A stretch of DNA of 64,000 bases from Eledone cirrhosa (lineage: Eukaryota), in the NCBI GenBank assembly GCA_964016885.1, contig OZ024740.1:70432001-70496000 (forward strand), read 5' to 3'. The stretch's first letter is position 1; each line of letters begins with the position of its first letter. The notes under the pieces were generated by a model. It saw only the letters and a program-made list of their open reading frames with translations, was not told the origin of the DNA and ran no database searches. Made by a program: the position numbers and the translations under genes. Positions 53,132 through 64,000 of this stretch are shown in pieces.

Positions 53132-53182
53132 AGTTTAAGCAAAGAATCGCTGCTTTCACCCTTAACGGGATCTTCTGAAACT
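53132..53182 (-). ncRNA. Variant hammerhead motif (inverted pLTR copy)
   Basis: Reverse complement of 56700-56750. Confidence 0.5.
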
Positions 53183-53633
53183 AACAAAGTCAATCTGTAA
53201 ACGCAGAAGTGGATATTTCAAAAAACGCTGCAACCGGAGGAAAACAGGAAGACGATACTTTGGTCCGTGGAAACGTCCGCTGGCAAAGAACGGGAAAAAC
53301 GAATATAATACGTCATTAATAGGAGCGTTGAAAACCAATTACGCGCAAAGACAGAACCACGTTTATGGTATAAGAGAGGTCGTAGACTAATATTCTCTCA
53401 AATGTGGTTCATAGAGACGTTCTCTGGCAATGAACGAAAAAAACCAGGATAATACGTCATATGTGGAGCGTGGAGAACAATAGCACGCAAAGACAAAACC
53501 ACGTAAATGGTATAGCAGAAGTCGTAGACTAAAATTCTAACTAGGAGACCGAATGAATCTCCGATACAGAGTTAAGAACAAAGTAAATAAATACAATACA
53601 GAAGTAATAGAAATAAATAAATACATACACGCA

Positions 53634-55763
53634 ATGCAGAAACAACATCTGAATATTTCTACAGAGAACATACCCGTACCAAGCAGGAAAACATACCTAA
53701 AACTCCTGATACAGAAAACAGACGCGTTCATTAAAAGGTTGCGTTGGCGTGCCTTTTATTTCGATAATCCGCGAAAAGCAGACAACAAACAGGATAAATT
53801 TGGATTTAAAACCTATAATAACCCCCCGTGTAACCCAGCATTGCTACTCTTCGAAAATGATGTCTTGGAACTCATTCGGAGTATCAAATTTCGGAATAGG
53901 AGCAATTCCTTCCAGCAAGACCTGAAGAATAGAATTTTTTCTATTAAGGATTCTAATGCCGTGCACGTCCATTCCGACAAAACTGGCAACCTATATCAAG
54001 TGGAGCGCAGTACTTACCATCAACTACTACATAATGCTGTAACTAAGGATTACCGTAAAACTAATCGGTGCGTCATCAATGAAATCAACGATGCTGGGTT
54101 TAAAATCACATCTGATCTCAACATCCTGGACCGGACCGAACCTCTGGACCCTATTTCTCCCCACTTTACCCTGAAGGATCACAAATCCAATTTTCCGAAC
54201 AACCCCTCTATTCGGCTTATTAACCCTACGAAGACCGATTTAGGTAGACTTAGTAAAACGATTCTCGATGGAATTATACCTGAAATTAGAAGTTTGGCCC
54301 CTCTTGCACTGTGGAACAATTCTTTCGCGGTGATTGATTGGTTCAACGGCATATGTAACAAGGAACATTGCCGTTTCATCCAATTCGACATCAACAATTA
54401 CTACTCCTCCATCACTTTACCACTTCTCCTTAGAGCTATCAATTTCGCTAAAACACTCACAGTGGTTAAGGATTTCGAAGTTGATGTCATCCTCAATGCC
54501 CGTAAGTCGGTGATTAATTTCGACGACTCTATTTGGATTAAAAAATCCAATAGTACCCCATTCGACGTGAGTATGGGCGCCAGTGATTCCGCGGAGGTTA
54601 CTGATCTTATCGGCCTATTCCTTCGTTTCTCTATCAAGGACGAATTCCCCAACGCGGGCGGTGGTTTGTACCGTGACGATGGTCTTTTGACCATGGTTAA
54701 GAGCGGACCTCGTGCTTGCGACAGGTTCAGAAAAGAACTCACAGCCTTCTTTAAAGGCTTCAACATCTCTATACAGGTTGAGGCCAATCTCTCGGTCGTT
54801 AATTACCTCGACGTTACCCTCAATTTATTGAATGGGTTGTAGTACCCGTATAGAAAGCCGAATGATACGCTTAATTACATAAGTAAGCATTCCAACCATC
54901 CTGCCAGCATAACCAAGAACCTGGTAAGAAACGTTTCGTTGAGGCTTTCCCGTCTTTCCACCAACGAGCGTATTTTCAACGACCATTCCACTTATTACAA
55001 TGAAGCTCTTGCTCGAAGTGGATTTGTCGATAAGGTAGCATATACAGAGTACGAAAATAGACCTAGAAGAAATAGATCCCGTCGCATTTGTTGGTATAAC
55101 CCACCATATAATATGGAGGTGGCCACACCATTAGCTAAGATCTTTCTTTCCCTTATTACGAAGCATTTTCCCCCTACACATAAATATAGTAAAAATTTTA
55201 ATAGAAATACTATTAAAATTTCTTACTCTACGACTCCTAACCTTGCACATAACATCACAGCTTCAAATTTAGCTAAACTACCTAGCCGTAGGAACACGTG
55301 CAACCCTGTAGCTAGTACTAACTGTAATTGTAGGAATCGGGTTGATTGCCCCCTATCCGGGAAATGCCTCTCTAGTAACATTGTCTACAAATGTAAGGTT
55401 GTAACACCCACGTCCCGTAGGGCCTACATAGGATTAACCGCCAATAGATTCAAGCAGCGTCTTTACATGCATACCCATTCTTTTCGTTACCCTCTAAGAA
55501 GGAATATGACGTCACTTTCAGCTTATATCTGGAGTCTAAAAGACAACCACACCCAATATAAGTTACACTGGGAGATCCTAGCTAGGGCTAGATCGTATAA
55601 CGGAAATAAAAGACCATGTGACCTCTGCGCCGCTGAGGCCCTGGAAATACTCTACGCCACAGACCACATCTTAAACAAAAAATCTGAGGCAATTTCGGTT
55701 TGTAAACATAAATTGCACAAAACTTTCTTGTATTACAGCCCCACGTTATACCCTAACGGATAA
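53634..55763 (+). pseudogene. PLE reverse transcriptase-GIY-YIG endonuclease ORF with one in-frame TAG (54840-54842)
   Basis: Motifs STENIPVP, FIKRLRWRA, IRLINP, QFDINNYYSSI, MGASDSAEV, GLYRDDGL, YLDVTLNL, YPYRKPN..SNHP, CNCR..CPLSGKC, IVYKC..AYIGLT..FKQR, CDLC. The frame continues across the stop. Confidence 0.9.
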
Positions 55764-56699
55764 TACGATCTATACGTGGATAGTTTACGTCTTGATGTGG
55801 GAGCTAAGAATATGTTTTGTTTATACCATTACTTATTTGCATAGGTAAGTATATATTACCCGTATGTTTTGTGAAGGTACGTATACCTTCTCGTACGTAT
55901 ATTTGATTGTTTATGTTATGGCGTATAATTTTATATATTCTGGTACATATGGTTCGGCTATGTGTATACGGGAGTTTTGCGTCTGTGTGAGTTTGCTGGT
56001 TCGTACGTATGTGGGTGTGTGTATATGTGTACTTCATGTTTTGGTTGACTTACGTCTCCGAACATTCGTGTATTTACATGTAGGTATGTGTGTGCGCTTG
56101 TTATATACGTATTTATTTTTTTATATACGTTTATATAATTATTTATTTATTTGTATACACGCATACACACACACATATTTATATGTGCGTGGTTTTGTAT
56201 ACCTATGGTAAGTGTTTTGCGTATGCTTGTGTATGTACGTATTTGTTTGCGTGTATGTATTTATTTATTTCTATTACTTCTGTATTGTATTTATTTACTT
56301 TGTTCCTAACTCTGTATCGGAGATTCATTCAGTCTCCTAGTTAGAATTTTAGTCTACGACTTCTGCTATACCATTTACGTGGTTTTGTCTTTGCGTGCTA
56401 TTGTTCTCCACGCTCCACATATGACGTATTATCTTGGGTTTTTTCGTTCATTGCTAGAGAACGTCTCTATGAACCACCTTTGAGAGAACATTAGTCTACG
56501 ACCTCTCTTATACCATAAACGTGGTTCTGTCTTTGCGCGTAATTGGTTTTCAACGCTCCTATTAATGACGTATTATATTCGTTTTTTCCCGTTCTTTGCC
56601 AGCGAACGTTTCCACGAACCGAAGTATCGTCTTCCTGTTTTCCTCCGGTTGCAACGTTTTTTGAAATATCCACTTCTGCGTTTACAGACTGACTTTGTT

Positions 56700-56750
56700 A
56701 GTTTCAGAAGATCCCGTTAAGGGTGAAAGCAGCGATTCTTTGCTTAAACT
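56700..56750 (+). ncRNA. Variant type I hammerhead motif at the end of the PLE 3' pLTR
   Basis: AGUUU-CAGAAGA-U-CCC-guuaa-GGG-U-GAAA-GCA-gcgauucuu-UGC-UU-AAACU. All three helices form, but the core has U4->A. Confidence 0.55.
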
Positions 56751-56852
56751 TTAATCTGTTATTTTAATAAATATTTGCTCTACGGTTCTTATATATTTGA
56801 TATATATTCATCCTTATCGAGCCCTCTTTGGATTTTAGTCTTCAAATTTATT

Positions 56853-56883
<31 letters not shown>

Positions 56884-57112
56884 TTATATACAGTATATAT
56901 AAATATAAGTATGTATACGTACATACATATATGTATACAGACGTACAGTAGTATGTATATACATACATACATGCACACATATATATATATGTACGTATGG
57001 GCTTACCGAACATTTTTTATAATGTTTGGTTTGTTTGTAAACAAACAGCCCGAATTAAGCCGTACAGTGTTCGGCAACCATCGTTGCCCTTTTGTTCAAC
57101 ACTGACAAAGGA

Positions 57113-57155
57113 ACGATGAACTAGTTTCTATCTTATTAGCTGTCATCAGCACCGT
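57113..57155 (-). ncRNA. Type I hammerhead ribozyme motif
   Basis: ACGGUG-CUGAUGA-C-AGCU-aaua-AGAU-A-GAAA-CUAG-UU-CAUCGU. Confidence 0.7.
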
Positions 57156-57333
57156 ATACCTTCCTGTCAATCGATTGAACGTTTGAAAGTATATACTTTC
57201 CTTATGCATATTTATCGTTTTCGGTACGCCCGGCCGACTAACTCACTCGATATGCAAATTAAGCTGCTCAGCCGTTAATATGCATAAGGAAAGTATATAC
57301 TTTCAAACGTTCAATCGATTGACAGGAAGGTAT

Positions 57334-57376
57334 ACGGTGCTGATGACAACTAATAAGCTAGAAACTAGTTCATCGT
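57334..57376 (+). ncRNA. Type I hammerhead ribozyme motif
   Basis: ACGGUG-CUGAUGA-C-AACU-aaua-AGCU-A-GAAA-CUAG-UU-CAUCGU. Confidence 0.7.
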
Positions 57377-57716
57377 TCCTTTGTCAGTGTTGAACAAAAA
57401 TGCAACGATGGTTGCCGAACACTGTACGGCTTAATTCGGGCTGTTTGTTTACAAACAAACCAAACATTATAATAAATGTTCGGTAAGCCCATACGTACAT
57501 ATATATATATGTGTGCATGTATGTATATACATACTACTGTACGTCTGTATACATACATATATCTATGTACGCATGCATACTTATATTTAAGTATCAGCCG
57601 TACTAAGAATGAGAAATTAAATTTCATTTTGTTCTATTTATATATACATATACATAGTTATGTAATAAACAACATAATTATTTCATTTATTTCATTCATA
57701 CATATATACACACACG

Positions 57717-57786
<70 letters not shown>

Positions 57787-57791
57787 CATAT

Positions 57792-57856
<65 letters not shown>

Positions 57857-57872
57857 CATATACACACACACG

Positions 57873-57940
<68 letters not shown>

Positions 57941-58019
57941 CATACAGACATATATATGCGGTGGCGTTTGTGTTTATTAATAGTGACGATTTCCTTTGAA
58001 GTAAACGTTCCCTAATAAT

Positions 58020-58265
58020 AATTGCTTCTTTCTTTGGCACATGGCCAGTAATTTGAAGGTAATGGGGAAAGTCGATTGAATTGACCTCAGTGCATTACTG
58101 GTACTTTATTTTATAGACCCCTTAAGGAGGAAAGACAAAGCTAACCTCAGAAGGATTTAAACTCTGAACGTAAAGGGCCGTAACTATATACGCTGATTAA
58201 TAATAATTGTTTCTACTTTTGGCACAAGGCCAGCAATCACCCCCAGTATATTACTGGTGCTTTAT
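58020..58265 (-). mobile_element. SINE family S1 copy plus a tail fragment
   Basis: Reverse-complement S1 body and tails. Confidence 0.7.
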
Positions 58266-58672
58266 TACGCTCATTAATAATAGTAAATATTATTTTGACT
58301 TAACAAAGAATATTTGAATTTTTAATTCAGTGCATGTTTATTATAACAAAATGGAAATGATCCGATCGTCAGGTTGCATCAAGGAAACTATATTTCCATT
58401 GGTAATTTTTTGCTAATACTATAAGCCTTCGTAAATACTGGCAGAAGCGGCATCGAATGGGGGAGGGATGTGAATTCAGAACGTACAGAGCGAGATACCG
58501 TAAAGCATCCCGTCCAACGTTTCAACAATGCCACTAATCCACCGTTTCTAGACTGATACTTTATATATCAACTCTAAAAAGATGAAAGGCAACGTTGACC
58601 TTGGTAGTATTTGAATAAGTGAGCAGAAAGTCTACGGATTTGCCGCTCATAAAACAAACACATACACACGCG

Positions 58673-58751
<79 letters not shown>

Positions 58752-58845
58752 TTTCGTATCTCCAAGGAAATACGGTTTTAGGAAGCTGTAGCTATGCAAA
58801 CACCGGGGGGCTAACGCCCTCTGGTGATGTCCAGCAGAAGCAAGG

Positions 58846-58898
58846 GGGACAATGGTCTATGCATTTCAGGCTTAACTGGCCTTCGTCAGGACGGTCCC
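58846..58898 (-). ncRNA. Type I hammerhead ribozyme
   Basis: GGGAC-c-GUC-CUGACGA-AGGC-caguuaa-GCCU-GAAA-UGCA-UA-GAC-cauu-GUCCC. Canonical core, palindromic AUGCAU helix III, helix I with an internal loop. Confidence 0.82.
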
Positions 58899-58989
58899 TC
58901 CCACCGCTTGCGACTGCTGGACTAGAAGACAGCTGAGAATATATACTTTTCTCGTCTGTGTAAATGAGGTGATTAATCTCATTTGCATA

Positions 58990-59800
58990 TGAATACGTAC
59001 ATACATATATGTATACAGACGTACAGTAGTATGTATATATATATACATACATGCACACATATATATATGTACGTATGGGTTTACCGAACCTTTATTATAA
59101 TGTTCGGTTTGTTTGTAAACAAACACCTCGATTAAGCCGTACAGCCTTCGGCAACCATCGTTGCCCTTTTGTTCAACACTGACAAAGGAACGATGAACTA
59201 GTTTACAAACAAACCGAACATTATAATAAATATTCGGTAAACCCATACGTACATATGTACATGTGTGCATGTATGTATATATATACATACTACTGTACGT
59301 CTGTATACATATATGTATGTACGTATACATACTTATATTTAAGTATCAGCCGTACTAAGAGTGAGAAATGAAATTCTTTTCCATTTATTGTTTTCGGTAC
59401 GCCCGGCCGACTAACTCACTCGAAATGCAAATTAGGCTGTTCAGCCGTTAATATGCATAAGGAAAGTATATACTTTCAAACGTTCAATGATCTGACAGGA
59501 AGGTATACTGTGCTGACGATAGCTAATAAGCTTGAAACTAGTTCATCGTTCCTTTGTCAGTGTTGAACAAAACGGCAACGATGGTTGCCGAACACTGTAC
59601 GGTTTAATTCGGGCTGTTTGTTTACAACCAAACCGAACATTATAATAAATGTTCGGTAAACCCATACGTACATATATATGTGTGTGCATGTATGTATATA
59701 TATCTACATACAACTGTACGTCTGTATACATATATGTACGTACGTATACATACTTATCAGCCGTACTAAGAGTGAGAAATGAAATTTCATTTCATTCTTT
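58990..59800. mobile_element. Second locus of the ~410-nt hammerhead unit: inverted partial, direct partial, then full tandem copy
   Basis: ATCAGCCGTACTAAGAGTGAGAAATGAAATT occurs at 59345 and 59756 (period 411). Inverted arm 58990-59204. Confidence 0.85.
59507..59549 (+). ncRNA. Type I hammerhead ribozyme motif
   Basis: ACUGUG-CUGACGA-U-AGCU-aaua-AGCU-U-GAAA-CUAG-UU-CAUCGU. Confidence 0.72.
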
Positions 59801-59835
59801 TCTCTCTCTATATATATATATATACACACACACAC

Positions 59836-59889
<54 letters not shown>

Positions 59890-59917
59890 GTATGTATGTG
59901 TGAGTATATATATATAC

Positions 59918-59970
<53 letters not shown>

Positions 59971-59973
59971 ATG

Positions 59974-60041
<68 letters not shown>

Positions 60042-60071
60042 TATATGTATGTATGTTATGTATGTTATGTA

Positions 60072-60128
<57 letters not shown>

Positions 60129-62504
60129 TTAAGAAACCTAATTTGCTACATTCTATGTTAATACGCTCTGGAATTAAGCTTGAACTCGTTTTTTCCGATA
60201 AACCAGTTATATAAATTCGTTCGAGACGAAGTTGTTTGCAGCTGTCGTGGAGGGCTGATAACATAATCAGAATAAGTACACACACCTAATATTTCACCCT
60301 ACAATTCAGCAATTAATATATTCTCTATAACAACGTAGGTATTTTACTTGGCTTTCATGCCAATCAGAAGGCCGTAACTACAGATTAGTACCCCTCCTCT
60401 CATTTAACTGTGTTCCATACAACTTTGTAAGGTAATGTCTATTTCGTAAAATAAGATTTTGCAAGTACGTTTTTACATTTCATAGTTGTAGAAATAACAC
60501 TTTCTTGTAGAAAATATATATGCATTATTCTAATTGTTATCAATCATTATTAGCATGATACTGAAAGGTATGGTGAAAAAGGATTCATAGTTTTTGTTAG
60601 TCTATTTACAAACACAAATAGAAAGCATTAGGGAACGGAATTATACAATAATGAACATTTTAAATAATAGTTGTTGCTTTTGTTTTAATTTCATCAACCT
60701 AATTGCAATCCGCATCATGGAAAACGTATCTCTGTAAAACATAATTAAAAAAATTATGCATTATTAAAGTTATGAGTAATCAAAGCTGGTGGGATACTAA
60801 ACTGGTATTATATTCTACAAGTTTAGTATCATAAATATTTATCTGAAAATCTGTACCTCAGCCCTAATATACAAAAGTCTTATATATGTTCTTATACGTA
60901 GGCCTGATCGTAACGTCAGTTTGATTCCAGGCGGCGTGTTGTGCCTTGGGCAAAACACTTTATTTCACGTTTCTCCAGTACACACAATTGGCAAAATGAG
61001 TTGTGCCTCTAGTTCGAAGGACCAGCCTTGTCATATTCTGCGTCTGTGAAATGCTTAACCACTTACACGTTATTTCACAAGCAGGTTGATCTGTTGATCT
61101 CATAGACTGAAACACTCGTTGTCGCAACCGATCATTGCCAGTTTCATATGTAGGCTAGACTTGACTGGAGGAGAGTTGAGCCAGTTGTCAGGCGGTCTAC
61201 TCCCTTTAAGTTCAAGTTCTTTATTCTGTTCTCATATATACTATATGCACATGTATACTTCTGTAACCCATTCAAAAATCTAAAATATTTCATGGAGAAT
61301 TTGTTATGTGATCTACATTTCAGATCAAGCCTCAGTCTATTATCAGCTTGCTAGTAGTGGTAGTAGTGGTGGGGGAACGTTATATTTTACTAACTTTCCA
61401 CGAGCCTGTTTCTTCTTTTTCTTTGCACCTAAACTATTTTAAGTAAGCATACATAAATAACAATCTCTTCACAAGACACCCAACGTATTTCACCGGACTC
61501 TTTAACCTTCTACCCCAACGAGGATAAAACTTACTTTTTAAACCACGATTATTTGATTACATTTATCAACGATGTTAAATGCTGCCGGCAGAGGAATCTG
61601 TACATTCGCCATACTACTAAATAACATGTATTTTACGGCGGTGTCAACGATAAGCATTTAGCTGTTCGATCACGTGAAGTCCTGACTCGTTAATCAACGT
61701 GTTAGTGGTTGAGTATTCCACAGACTCGTGTAGTCTTAGCGTAATTCCCAAGCCAAATTAGCGTAACACACTACATGAAAAGGCTGAATCATTAAATTAC
61801 TGGTACAGTCTATCCGACGGGCTTCTATACTGTTTACGTTTGACTGAACGTGCAAGTGGTTGAGTACCTCACAAATACGTGTACCGTTAACGCAATTCTC
61901 AGGGATATTCAGCTTGGTACTGTGAGTGATAAGACTGGTCCTTTGAATTACAGGTACAATTTATTTTATTATCAGGTGAATGGCCTGGAACAACGAGAAA
62001 TATAATGTCTTGCTCACGGACAAAATCCGCCGCCGAGAATCGACATTACGATCATAAGTGGAACCCACTTACCTCTAAGCCACGTGATTTCCCAGAGACA
62101 AATAACATGCAAACATAAATATATACTATTTCATTTTATTATAAAATTTCAATTCTTTTAATAAATTCACTCAATTCCTTTCAGAAAATATTCTAAAAAT
62201 TTCTTGAAAATTCTCATAAAATTCCTCTCTACCCCATTTCAACAGGAATTCCCATAATTAAACTCTTCATATTACCTAGTTCATGGAACGAGAATAAAAA
62301 TAAAATCGAAGTTAGACAAAATACATGAACATATACGAACATACATATACACGCACAAATACATACATACCAACAGACAGATACATACTTACGTACACAC
62401 GTACGTGCACGCAAATACATACATACACTCAAATACGCACGGACATATAATACACACCATGTTCAACCTATACACACAAATACAATCATACATACATACA
62501 CACA

Positions 62505-62543
<39 letters not shown>

Positions 62544-62747
62544 ACGCAAATACATCACTCAGACGTACACACATACGAACACACAAATGCATATATGCAT
62601 ACGTAACTGCAAATATTTCACACACACGTAAAGGTAATGGCATACATACATAGGTACACGCAAATACACACATACGTACATTCTTCACACATACATACAC
62701 ACAAATATATGCGCACACTAAACATAAACATACCATACATACATATT

Positions 62748-62790
<43 letters not shown>

Positions 62791-63771
62791 ATATATACAT
62801 ACAGACAGACAGACAGACTGACAGACACACACACACAAACATGCAAAGAAAAAATAACAAAGAGACCACAACGAAGATGGCCGAAAGACAGTTCTGATTA
62901 CAGCCAGAGACTTTAAAATCCCTGGAAGCCGTTTTAGCTTATCATATTGCATGATATTTGGGATAAAGTCTGCAAGAATTGTTCCCCACACAACAGATTA
63001 AATGAAATTTGAACGCTGTCAGACCACATTGAAAACTACCCTTCAGTTTGATTGGAGGAGGGTTTTGTGTTTTTATTTTATTTTACTTTATTTTATACTA
63101 TTTTTTTTTCACTTATTTAATTTGTTTTTAATAAAATGTATTTTCTAGTGCTTAGGTTACACATTTGAATCACCGTTCATTAATCTTTCAAATGCAATAG
63201 AAATTTCTTTTTTATTTCTTTTTACTATAGATGGCGTTTTTGTTGTTGTTGTTGTTGTAATTGTTGTTGTTGTTGTTGTTGTTCATTTACAATATTTTCA
63301 TGGTTACTATTGCCGTTATCATCGTGGTGATACTAATATTGGTAGTAGTGGTCGTTGTAGGTATCTATAGTGCTATGTCATGGCTCCAATGAGGTGGAGT
63401 TATGATCTAAAGACATTCCAGCCGTGACCACCGGGACTAGATTCAATTATATCTGAAAAACCACAAAAGAAATGCTTATTGCTACTTTTTCAGATTCATT
63501 GAATTTAGGTTCTAGATTCATAATCAGCGGTAAGTGAGAAATGGGCAGTCCTTGTCGGACACAGGTGAACATTCTGCAATGCCTGTTATTTAAGGTGGGG
63601 GTGTTAAAAGTGACAATGCAAAATCAAACCCCATCACACACAGAGTGCTGCGAATTCTTGAAACGGCACCCCTCCAGGCATTTGAGTACCATATCGTATG
63701 GCGCAGAACAACGTCTACTGAAATACAAGGGTAAATGTGTACATGACATGTAATCTCAACAGTAGTAATAA

Positions 63772-63960
63772 TTGTTTTTACTTTTGGCACAAGGCCAGCA
63801 ATTATCCCGGTGTATTACTGGTGTTTTATTTTATCGACCCCGTAAGGATGCAAGGCAAAGTTAACCTCGGCGGGATTTGAACTCAGACCATAAAGGGCCA
63901 TAACTCTTTGCTGCAAAGCATGGCGTCAAACCCTCTACCGATACTGCCAATCCACCGCCC
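63772..63960 (-). mobile_element. SINE family S1
   Basis: Reverse complement of the S1 consensus, with both boxes. Confidence 0.85.
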
Positions 63961-64000
63961 AATAGTAATAATATCTTGAAAGTAGATGAAGAACTCCTGA

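Larger units (their letters stand above)
53108..56774 (+). mobile_element. Penelope-like element, probably Naiad-type, with an inverted 5' pseudo-LTR copy
   Basis: 53108-53634 is the reverse complement of 56247-56774. Single RT + GIY-YIG ORF. (TA)n on the left flank. Confidence 0.93.
56900..57630. mobile_element. Non-coding ~410-nt hammerhead unit preceded by an inverted partial copy (palindrome)
   Basis: Arms 56900-57217 and 57273-57589. The unit 57210-57630 recurs at 59383-59800. Confidence 0.85.

Noticed and set aside
53553-53633. First 27 codons of the PLE ORF
   Set aside because: They lie within the inverted pLTR copy, so the likely start is ATG 53634.
54840-54842. In-frame stop as a selenocysteine codon
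   Set aside because: It is TAG, not TGA, at a position where Tyr is expected; the Cys codons of the endonuclease region are ordinary.
53108-56774. Long terminal inverted repeats as a DNA transposon
   Set aside because: The internal ORF is RT + GIY-YIG, and inverted pseudo-LTRs are a known PLE configuration.

Overview
This is eukaryotic, microsatellite-rich DNA made almost entirely of repeats. The tRNA-derived SINEs resemble octopus families, so a cephalopod origin is likely (inference). I recognise no host protein-coding gene; most listed ORFs are translations of simple repeats. Mobile elements include four Tx1/L1-clade LINE copies from three families (two near full length), three RTE fragments, the 3' end of a CRE/NeSL-type element, many SINEs, and hAT- and piggyBac-type MITEs. 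There is also a nearly intact Penelope-like element of probable Naiad type (53108-56774, one nonsense codon, 527-bp terminal inverted repeat) and two decayed PLEs. The main hidden signal is about 13 well-formed or variant type I hammerhead ribozyme motifs plus about 3 decayed ones, all read by eye. Many lie in non-coding 410-470-nt tandem or palindromic units embedded in (TA)n, which resemble retrozymes or solo pseudo-LTRs. Two divergent Tx1 families place the ORF1 stop codon inside a perfect AG|GTAAGT splice donor. One Tx1 family appears to insert at a fixed position in a minisatellite.
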